Shown here: one piece after another, positions 10,491 to 17,308 of the stretch
Numbering within the stretch: the first letter of the stretch is position 1
Layout: each line of letters begins with the position of its first letter
NCBI GenBank assembly: GCA_958349055.1
Contig: CATWBO010000002.1
Coordinates: 36,539-100,538 of the forward strand
Direction of reading: 5' to 3'
Origin: an uncultured bacterium
GTDB lineage: Bacteria > Actinomycetota > Coriobacteriia > Coriobacteriales > Coriobacteriaceae
Length of the DNA: 64,000 nucleotides
The notes under the pieces: generated by a model
Databases searched by the model: none
Told to the model about the DNA's origin: nothing
What the model saw: only the letters and a program-made list of their open reading frames with translations
Translations under genes and position numbers: made by a program

Positions 10491-10832
10491 TTGGCAGTCA
10501 AGATTCGCCTTGCTCGTCACGGCGCTAAGAAGCGTCCGTACTACCGTGTCGTCGTCGCCGATTCCCGCGCCCCGCGTGACGGTCGTATCATCGAGGAGGT
10601 TGGCCGCTACAACCCGATGACCGCCCCCAAGACCATCAACCTCGACCTCGAGAAGATCGCCGACTGGCAGTCCAAGGGCGCTCAGCTCACCGACGCCGTC
10701 GCCGCTCTGGTCAAGGCCGCCAACGAGGGCGAGAAGACCGAGACCGTCGTCAAGAAGTCCAAGAAGCAGCTCGCCAAAGAGGCCGAGGCCGCTAAGGCTG
10801 CCGCTGAGGCCGCTGAGGGCGCCGAGGAGTAA
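10491..10832 (+). CDS. rpsP: 30S ribosomal protein S16
   Basis: Homology starts at (M)[28 protein letters not shown]10491 lies 6 nt after GGAGGAG (10478-10484). The ORF-track start at 10455 adds non-homologous residues. Lys/Ala/Glu-rich C-terminal tail. Confidence 0.93.
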   Translation: MAVKIRLARHGAKKRPYYRVVVADSRAPRDGRIIEEVGRYNPMTAPKTINLDLEKIADWQSKGAQLTDAVAALVKAANEGEKTETVVKKSKKQLAKEAEAAKAAAEAAEGAEE

Positions 10833-10835
10833 ATC

Positions 10836-11120
10836 GTGCCTGAGGTTGACGCTGCACAGCTCGAGGGTGAGGCAATGCTCTCAGATCGCATCGCCGATCT
10901 CGTCGAATATCTCGTTGTTCAGATCGTCGACGACCCGGATTCCGTGAGCCTTGAGGTCATCGATGGTGACGACGCCTCTACGATTGAGGTTTCGGTTGCC
11001 GAGGATGACGTCGCTAAGCTCATCGGCCGTCGTGGCCGTACCATCAAGGCCATTCGCACGCTCGCCCGTGCGCTGGCCGCTCGCCTCGACACTGCTGTCG
11101 AGGTAGAGGTTCTGGGCTAG
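10836..11120 (+). CDS. KH-domain RNA-binding protein (YlqC-like)
   Basis: VEYLVVQIVDDPDSVSLEV...LIGRRGRTIKAIRTLARA carries the GxxG KH motif. Sits in the conserved rpsP-KH-rimM-trmD position. An internal ATG at 10875 is an alternative start. Confidence 0.85.
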   Translation: MPEVDAAQLEGEAMLSDRIADLVEYLVVQIVDDPDSVSLEVIDGDDASTIEVSVAEDDVAKLIGRRGRTIKAIRTLARALAARLDTAVEVEVLG

Positions 11121-11124
11121 GACC

Positions 11125-11646
11125 TTGAGGTCCCAGTACAAAAACATCGCCCGTGTGGTCAAACCGCACGGAAGGAAGGGGGAGGTCCTCGCGCAGCCGC
11201 TGCGGGGGCTTCCTTCTGTATTGGAGCCGGGTATGCGCGTCGCCTTGACGCCGCCGGCGCTCAAACGCGACCGTTTTTGCACGGTCGCTTCCGTCACCGA
11301 TACGGGCGATGGCGATCTGGTCTCGTTTGAGGGCATTGACGACTTGACGGCCGCCGAGGGCATCACGGGATGCTACGTGCTGGCTAACCGTGACGACTTT
11401 GAGCTCGATTCGCTCGATGCCGCCTATACCGACCTCATGGGTCGCGAGGTGGTCGATGAGCGTTTCGGTTCGCTCGGAACGATCGTCGAGATCATGTCGA
11501 CGCCTGCCAACGATGTTTGGGTTGTCGAGGGCGATCGGTACGGCGAGGTGCTGATTCCCGTGATCGAGCAGGTTGTGCTCGATCTTCCCGATCAGGGGGC
11601 AATTTCCGTCCACGTTATGGACGGCCTGATCGATATGGACAAGTAG
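11125..11646 (+). CDS. rimM: 16S rRNA processing protein RimM
   Basis: IARVVKPHGRKGEVL N-terminal beta-barrel and a PRC-barrel-like C-terminus (NDVWVVEG..EVLIPVIEQVVLDLP). TTG start. Confidence 0.88.
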   Translation: MRSQYKNIARVVKPHGRKGEVLAQPLRGLPSVLEPGMRVALTPPALKRDRFCTVASVTDTGDGDLVSFEGIDDLTAAEGITGCYVLANRDDFELDSLDAAYTDLMGREVVDERFGSLGTIVEIMSTPANDVWVVEGDRYGEVLIPVIEQVVLDLPDQGAISVHVMDGLIDMDK

Positions 11647-11656
11647 GGAGGACAAC

Positions 11657-12415
11657 ATGCTGATCGAGACCCTTTCGGTCTTTCCCGAGATGTTTGAGCC
11701 CGTCATGTCCACATCGATTTTGGGCCGTGCCCGCAAGGCCGGCCTTTTTGATTTTAAGGCGTATAACCTGCGCGACTGGACGCACGACCGTCATCGCACC
11801 GTCGATGACGAGCCGTATGGCGGCGGGCAGGGCATGCTCATGAAGGTCGAGCCCATTGCCGAAGCTATCGAGGGCATTGCCGCCGAGGGTCCCAAGCCGA
11901 CGGTGGTGTTCTTCACCCCCTGCGGCGAGCCCTTTACGCAGCATGTGGCCGAGCGCCTGCTCAAAAGCGAGCGCCTGCTCTTTGTGTGCAGCCGCTACGA
12001 GGGTGTCGACGAGCGGGCGTATGCGTATGCCGACGAGCGCCTGTCGATTGGCGACTACGTGCTCACGGGCGGCGAGCTTCCCGCTATGGTCGTTGCCGAC
12101 GCCGTCGTGCGTCTGATTCCCGGCGCCCTGGGCGACGAGATGAGCAACGTCGATGAGTCGTTCTCGACCGCCGAGGACGGCGGCCTGCTCGAGTACGCAC
12201 AGTACACCCGACCCGCCGAGTTCAACGGCGAGAGCGTGCCTCCGGTGCTCGTGAGCGGCGATCATGCCAAGGTCGATGCGTGGCGCCGCAAGAATGCCAT
12301 CGAGCGCACCTGTCGCTGGCGTCCCGACCTGATCGAGACGGCACGACTTACGCCCGAGGAGCGCGCATATGCGCAAGAGATCCTGGACGCGTCGTATTCG
12401 CAGAGCGAGGAGTGA
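11657..12415 (+). CDS. trmD: tRNA (guanine37-N1)-methyltransferase
   Basis: LSVFPEMFEPV, DDEPYGGGQGMLMKVEP and SIGDYVLTGGELPAMVVADAV are TrmD signatures. Confidence 0.95.
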   Translation: MLIETLSVFPEMFEPVMSTSILGRARKAGLFDFKAYNLRDWTHDRHRTVDDEPYGGGQGMLMKVEPIAEAIEGIAAEGPKPTVVFFTPCGEPFTQHVAERLLKSERLLFVCSRYEGVDERAYAYADERLSIGDYVLTGGELPAMVVADAVVRLIPGALGDEMSNVDESFSTAEDGGLLEYAQYTRPAEFNGESVPPVLVSGDHAKVDAWRRKNAIERTCRWRPDLIETARLTPEERAYAQEILDASYSQSEE

Positions 12416-12417
12416 GA

Positions 12418-12981
12418 ATGGTTCCGTCGCAGCATTCCGTGCTAAAGGGTGCGTTTGAGTGGATCGTGGTCGTCGCGATCGCGCTCGTAGCCACCTTTTT
12501 GATTCGCTCGTTTGTGGTTGAGCCCTTTGTGGTGCCTACCGGTTCCATGGAGTCCACGATCGAGATTGGCGACCAGATCCTGGCGCAAAAGGTGAGCCTT
12601 GAGCTCGGTCAACCTGTTAAACAGGGCGACATCGTGGTGTTCCACAACCCCGACGGCACCTCCGAGCACGATGTGCTCGTCAAGCGCGTCATTGCCACCG
12701 CCGGCCAGACGGTCGATCTGCAGGACGGCAAGGTGGTCGTTGACGGCCGGGCGCTCGACGAGGACTACACGACCGGCATGAGCTGGCCGTTGTCCGTCCA
12801 GGCTCCCGGCGCTCAGGTGAGTTATCCCTACACCGTTCCCGACGATTGTGTGTGGGTGATGGGCGACAACCGCGAAAACTCTGCCGACTCGCGCTACTTT
12901 GGTCCCGTCGATCGTTCCGATCTGATTGCCGTGGCGCTCGTGCGCTACTGGCCGCTCAGCCGCATCGGCGCCATCGACTAA
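12418..12981 (+). CDS. lepB: Signal peptidase I
   Basis: TM anchor, then VVPTGSMESTI (catalytic Ser box), VKRVIATAGQ (Lys box) and VMGDNRENSADSRYFGPV. ATG12418 lies 2 nt after the trmD stop. The ORF-track start at 12280 lies inside trmD. Confidence 0.92.
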   Translation: MVPSQHSVLKGAFEWIVVVAIALVATFLIRSFVVEPFVVPTGSMESTIEIGDQILAQKVSLELGQPVKQGDIVVFHNPDGTSEHDVLVKRVIATAGQTVDLQDGKVVVDGRALDEDYTTGMSWPLSVQAPGAQVSYPYTVPDDCVWVMGDNRENSADSRYFGPVDRSDLIAVALVRYWPLSRIGAID

Positions 12982-13040
12982 AAACCGCTATAGTACAGTA
13001 CCTAACCGTGTAATCGTTTCGACGAGGGGATATTAGAGGC

Positions 13041-13952
13041 ATGAACGCTTCATCGCTTTCCTTCCAAGACATCATCCTGCGTCTCCAGCAGTACTGGGGC
13101 GAGCAGGGCTGCGTCATTATGCAGCCCTATGACTCCGAGGTCGGTGCCGGTACCTTCCACACCGCGACCACGCTGCGCTCGCTCGGTCCCGCCGAGTGGC
13201 GCACCTGCTATGCGCAGCCCTGCCGCCGTCCTGCCGACGGCCGCTACGGCGAGAACCCCAACCGCATGCAGCACTATTATCAGTTCCAGGTGCTCATCAA
13301 GCCCTCGCCGGTCAATGCCCAGGAGCTCTACCTGGGTTCGCTGGCCGCCATTGGCCTGGACCCCAACGACCATGACGTCCGCTTTGTTGAGGACGACTGG
13401 GAGAGCCCGACCCTTGGCGCCTGGGGCCTTGGCTGGGAGGTCTGGCTCAATGGCATGGAGGTCACGCAGTTTACGTACTTCCAGCAGGTGGGCGGCATCG
13501 AGGTCGACCCTGTGCCCGTCGAGATCACCTATGGTCTGGAGCGTATCGCCATGTACGCGCAGGGCGTCAACTCCGTCTACGACCTGGTGTGGAGCTACCT
13601 GCCCGACGGCACGCCCATGACCTACGGTGACGTGTTCCTGGAGAACGAGCGCGAGTTCAGCGCTTACAACTTTGAGGTCGCCAATGTCGAGATGATGCGT
13701 CAGAAGTTTGACGACTACGAGGCGGAGTGCCACTCCTGCTTGGAGCGCAAGCTGCCGCTGCCGGCCTACGACTGCGTCATGAAGTGCAGTCACGCCTTCA
13801 ACCTGCTCGATGCCCGCGGCGCGCTGTCCGCGGTCGAGCGTGCCAACTACATCCTGCGCGTTCGCGCCGTCGCCAAGGCGTGCTGCGAGGCCTATATGGC
13901 CGAGGTCGCCGGAGTCAACGAGAATGCCGACCAGGAAGGCGAGGTGGCGTAA
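13041..13952 (+). CDS. glyQ: Glycine--tRNA ligase alpha subunit
   Basis: [33 protein letters not shown] and the rest of the 303-aa protein are nearly invariant GlyQ sequence. Confidence 0.97.
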   Translation: MNASSLSFQDIILRLQQYWGEQGCVIMQPYDSEVGAGTFHTATTLRSLGPAEWRTCYAQPCRRPADGRYGENPNRMQHYYQFQVLIKPSPVNAQELYLGSLAAIGLDPNDHDVRFVEDDWESPTLGAWGLGWEVWLNGMEVTQFTYFQQVGGIEVDPVPVEITYGLERIAMYAQGVNSVYDLVWSYLPDGTPMTYGDVFLENEREFSAYNFEVANVEMMRQKFDDYEAECHSCLERKLPLPAYDCVMKCSHAFNLLDARGALSAVERANYILRVRAVAKACCEAYMAEVAGVNENADQEGEVA

Positions 13953-13955
13953 GCC

Positions 13956-16052
13956 ATGGCAGACGCTAAGGATTTCCTGTTTGAGATCGGTACGGAGGAA
14001 ATGCCCTCCGCGCCGCTGAACAATGCCGTCAAGCAGCTCGGTACCATGATTGCCAAGGGTCTCGACGAGGCCGGCCTTGCCCATGGCGAGGTCCGCGTTA
14101 TCTCGAGCCCGCGCCGCCTGACCGCACTTGTTGCCGACGTCGCCACCGCGACCGATGAGGTCCACGAGGTCAAGCGCGGTCCCGCGGCAAACATCGCCTT
14201 CGACGCCGACGGTAACGCCACCAAGGCCGCCCAGGGCTTTGCCCGAAAGTGCGGCGTGGCTGCCGAGGACCTGGTGCGCCGCGAGGACACCGACGGTCGC
14301 GAGTACGTCTTTGCCGAGAAGAACATTCCTTCCGCTCCGGCTATCCCGATCCTGACGGCCCTGTGCGAGAAGACCATCGCCGGCCTGCAGTGGCCCAACT
14401 ATCGCAGCCAGCGCTGGGGCCACGAGCACGCCACGTTCGTGCGTCCGGTTCGTTGGATCTGCTGCCTTCTGGGCGAGGACGTCGTGCCCGTGTCGTTTGC
14501 CGACGTGACGAGCGGCAACACCACGCGCGGCCATCGTGTGCTTGGCCCCGGTGACCACGTGGTCGCCAGCCCTGCCGTCTACGAGCAGGTGCTCGAGGAC
14601 GCCGGCGTGCTTTCTGCCGAGCGTCGTCGCGAGGCCATCCTCGCCGGTATCGCCGAGGTCGAGGCCGCCCGTCCCGGCTGCCATGTCGACACGCCCAAGA
14701 AGGTCTTTGAGGAGGTCATCAACCTCTGCGAGTGGCCGACAGTGCTCGTCGGTACCTTCGACGAGGAGTTCCTCAAGGTCCCGCACGAGATCATCTGCGA
14801 GTCCATGCTCACCAACCAGCGCTACTTCCCGATCTATGATGGCGAGGGCAAACTCACGCGTGAGTTCGTGGTCGTCTCGAACAGCAAGCCCGAGAACGCC
14901 GAGCGCGTGATCGACGGCAACGAGCGCGTCGTGCGCGCCCGCCTGGACGACGCCAAGTTCTTCTACGAGGAGGACCTGAAGATCTCCCTCGACGAGTTCC
15001 GTGAGCGTCTGGCCAAGGTCGCCTTCCAGGAGAAGCTCGGCAGCGTGCTCGCCAAGTCCGAGCGTATCGAGCAGCTCGCGCTCGCCATTGCCCGCGAGGC
15101 TCACCTGGGCGCCCACCTGGCCGCCGACGCCGCTCGCGCCGCGCACCTGTGCAAGGCCGACCTGGTTTCCAACGCCGTCGTCGAGTTCACGAGCCAGCAG
15201 GGTGTGATGGGCGGCTACTACGCCACCGCGATGGGGGAGAACGACGAGGTCGCCCATGCCATTCGCGATCACTATCGTCCCCGTTTTGCCGGCGATGAGC
15301 TGCCCGAGGGTACTGCTGGCTGCATCGTGGCTTGCGCCGACAAGCTCGATACCATCGCCGGTATCTTTGCCATCGGCGAGCCCCCGACCGGCTCCTCTGA
15401 CCCGTATGCGCTGCGTCGTGCCGCCATCGGCATCATCAACATCCTGCGCGACCGTCTGCCGATCGATCCCACGTCGCTCATCGACTTCGCGCTCGAGCTC
15501 TATACCGAGCAGGGTATTGAGTTTGATGCCGCCGAGGTCGCCCAGCAGGTCCGTGACTTCTTCCACGGCCGCCTGGTGAGTATGGCCCGCGACGAGGAGA
15601 TCCCGGCCGATACCGTTGCCGCCGTCTCCGCGGTGCACATCATCGCCCCGTCGGTCTTCTTTGCGCGCTGTGCTGCCCTCGATGAGGCCCGCAAGAACGA
15701 TGCCGAGACCTTCGACAACCTGGCCACCGCCTATGCCCGTGCCGCGCACATCTCCAAGCCCGAGCTGGGTGCGGAGTGCGACCGCAACCTGATGGGCGAG
15801 GCTGAGCTTGCGCTGGCCGACGCCTCCGAGGCTGCTCAGACCGCCGTCGACGCCGCCCTTGCTGCCGAGGATTACCCGGCCGCGTTTGCCGCCCTCGCCG
15901 CCCTGCGCGCGCCCATCGACCGTTTCTTCGACGAGGTTATGGTCATGGACAAGGACGAGCAGCTTCGCGATAATCGCCTTAAGCTGCTCAACCGCTTTGA
16001 GGCCGTGTTCTCCGGCATCGCCAACATCGGTGAGCTTGCCCGCAAAAAGTAA
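13956..16052 (+). CDS. glyS: Glycine--tRNA ligase beta subunit
   Basis: 698-aa ORF beginning DFLFEIGTEEMPS with LTNQRYFP, 3 nt after glyQ. Confidence 0.95.
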   Translation: MADAKDFLFEIGTEEMPSAPLNNAVKQLGTMIAKGLDEAGLAHGEVRVISSPRRLTALVADVATATDEVHEVKRGPAANIAFDADGNATKAAQGFARKCGVAAEDLVRREDTDGREYVFAEKNIPSAPAIPILTALCEKTIAGLQWPNYRSQRWGHEHATFVRPVRWICCLLGEDVVPVSFADVTSGNTTRGHRVLGPGDHVVASPAVYEQVLEDAGVLSAERRREAILAGIAEVEAARPGCHVDTPKKVFEEVINLCEWPTVLVGTFDEEFLKVPHEIICESMLTNQRYFPIYDGEGKLTREFVVVSNSKPENAERVIDGNERVVRARLDDAKFFYEEDLKISLDEFRERLAKVAFQEKLGSVLAKSERIEQLALAIAREAHLGAHLAADAARAAHLCKADLVSNAVVEFTSQQGVMGGYYATAMGENDEVAHAIRDHYRPRFAGDELPEGTAGCIVACADKLDTIAGIFAIGEPPTGSSDPYALRRAAIGIINILRDRLPIDPTSLIDFALELYTEQGIEFDAAEVAQQVRDFFHGRLVSMARDEEIPADTVAAVSAVHIIAPSVFFARCAALDEARKNDAETFDNLATAYARAAHISKPELGAECDRNLMGEAELALADASEAAQTAVDAALAAEDYPAAFAALAALRAPIDRFFDEVMVMDKDEQLRDNRLKLLNRFEAVFSGIANIGELARKK

Positions 16053-16059
16053 GCTAGCC

Positions 16060-16073
16060 TGCGCGTAAGCGCA
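16060..16073 (+). promoter_or_regulatory. GNRA mini-hairpin TGCGC-GUAA-GCGCA abutting the RBS of the PPDK-regulator gene (copy 1 of 2)
   Basis: TGCGCGTAAGCGCA is followed directly by AAAGGAG and ATG16087. An identical 14-mer precedes the ppdK RBS at 17279-17292. Confidence 0.4.
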
Positions 16074-16086
16074 AAAGGAGCCCCGC

Positions 16087-16962
16087 ATGGATTGCCCGGT
16101 CACCGCTCGTCCCACCGTTATCGTTATCTCCGACTCGCTCGGTGATACCGCTTGTGAGGTGGTGCTTGCGGCGTCCGGGCAATTTGATGAAGGGGCTTTT
16201 CGCGTTTTGCGCCTGCCTAAGGTGACCTCTGTGGAGCAGGTCAAGTCATTTGTGGGGCCGCGCGTCGATGCGGACCATCGCGATATTGCCGTGTTCCACA
16301 CCATCGTCGATCCGGCGCTTCGCGCCCGCGTGCTCGATTACCTGGGTATGCTGCATATCCGTTCGGTCGACCTGATCGGCCCGACGCTTGCCGTGCTGTC
16401 GTCGCTCATCGGTGTGCCGCCCAAGGGCGTTGCGGGCGTGATTCACAAGACCGATGACCGCTATTTCCATCGTATCGAGGCCATGGAGTATTTCGTTGAG
16501 CACGATGACGGTCGTGGTTGCGACGATCTGGCGGGTGCCGATATCGTGCTGCTGGGTGTGTCGCGTACATCCAAGACGCCGCTGTCGATGTATTTAGCCT
16601 ATCAGGGCTACAAGGTCGCCAATGTCCCACTGGCGCATGGCATGGAGCCGCCCAAGTCGATTTACGAGGTCGACCCGATGCGCCTGTTCGGCCTGATTTC
16701 GACCGTCGATGTGATTTCTGAGATCCGCGATAGCCGCTTGGGGGATGATTACGCCCGTGCCGTTGCCGGCTCCTATGCTGAGCCCGAGAGCGTACGCAGC
16801 GAGCTCGAGGAGGCCCGTGCCCTCATGAAGCGCCTGGGCTGCTTTGTGGTGCGTACCGACGGCAAAGCCATCGAGGAAAGCGCTGCCGAGATCATTGCTC
16901 ATCTCGAAGAGATTCAAGAGGCAAGAGCCCGCCGTGCCGCCCGCCGCGCTCAACAGCAGTAG
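16087..16962 (+). CDS. Pyruvate, phosphate dikinase regulatory protein (DUF299 kinase/pyrophosphorylase)
   Basis: 291-aa ORF with the P-loop-like LLGVSRTSKTPLSMYLAYQGYKVANVPL typical of PDRP/PpsR. Lies immediately upstream of ppdK. Confidence 0.88.
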   Translation: MDCPVTARPTVIVISDSLGDTACEVVLAASGQFDEGAFRVLRLPKVTSVEQVKSFVGPRVDADHRDIAVFHTIVDPALRARVLDYLGMLHIRSVDLIGPTLAVLSSLIGVPPKGVAGVIHKTDDRYFHRIEAMEYFVEHDDGRGCDDLAGADIVLLGVSRTSKTPLSMYLAYQGYKVANVPLAHGMEPPKSIYEVDPMRLFGLISTVDVISEIRDSRLGDDYARAVAGSYAEPESVRSELEEARALMKRLGCFVVRTDGKAIEESAAEIIAHLEEIQEARARRAARRAQQQ

Positions 16963-16972
16963 TCCTTTCTGT

Positions 16973-17050
16973 GATGATTTTTCTGGGACGGGGATTTAAA
17001 AATCATTGAGTACCTAATGATTTTTTAATCCCCGTCCCAGAAAAATCATC
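16973..17050. repeat. 78-nt near-perfect inverted repeat (35-nt arms, 1 mismatch, 8-nt loop), AT-rich
   Basis: Left arm GATGATTTTTCTGGGACGGGGATTTAAAAATCATT (16973-17007), loop gagtacct, right arm AATGATTTTTTAATCCCCGTCCCAGAAAAATCATC (17016-17050). Starts 10 nt after the stop of the preceding gene. Could act as a bidirectional terminator or be a miniature inserted element. Confidence 0.85.
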
Positions 17051-17137
17051 GGAGTGGCTAAATTGCCTGAATTGGTAAAGCGATTTAGCAAAAACATCGC
17101 ATCCTACCTGCATTTTCCTTGTAGTGGTATCTTCATA

Positions 17138-17186
17138 AGGTAACCACCTTTACCTACCGTTTACCGCCGGTTTTAGCACGTTTACC
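17138..17186 (+). promoter_or_regulatory. Cluster of helically phased TTTACC repeats upstream of ppdK
   Basis: TTTACC at 17149, 17160 and 17181 (spacings 11 and 21 nt). AGGTAA (17138-17143) forms an inverted pair with TTACCT (17150-17155). More GGTAA/GTTACC copies at 17074 and 17266. Confidence 0.3.
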
Positions 17187-17278
17187 AAACCGCGCACCCT
17201 CTGCTCAAGCCTGTCCAAAACCCGCCGTATAGTTCCCTCACGGCCCGCATCCGGCGGGTCGATTCGTTACCACGGTCG

Positions 17279-17292
17279 TGCGCGTAAGCGCA
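17279..17292 (+). promoter_or_regulatory. GNRA mini-hairpin TGCGC-GUAA-GCGCA abutting the ppdK RBS (copy 2 of 2)
   Basis: TGCGCGTAAGCGCA is followed by TGGAAGGGGA and GTG17309. Identical to 16060-16073. Confidence 0.4.
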
Positions 17293-17308
17293 TGGAAGGG
17301 GAAGTATC

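Noticed and set aside
12982-13040. T-box or other leader upstream of glyQS
   Set aside because: The spacer is only 59 nt, too short for a T-box riboswitch. No specifier or terminator architecture is visible.
13050-16304. 1084-aa minus-strand ORF spanning glyQ and glyS
   Set aside because: It is antisense to two genes with unmistakable GlyQ/GlyS homology. Its translation is low-complexity (Ala/Gly/Leu/Val/Arg-rich) with no recognisable motif. Long stop-free antisense frames are expected in GC-rich DNA.
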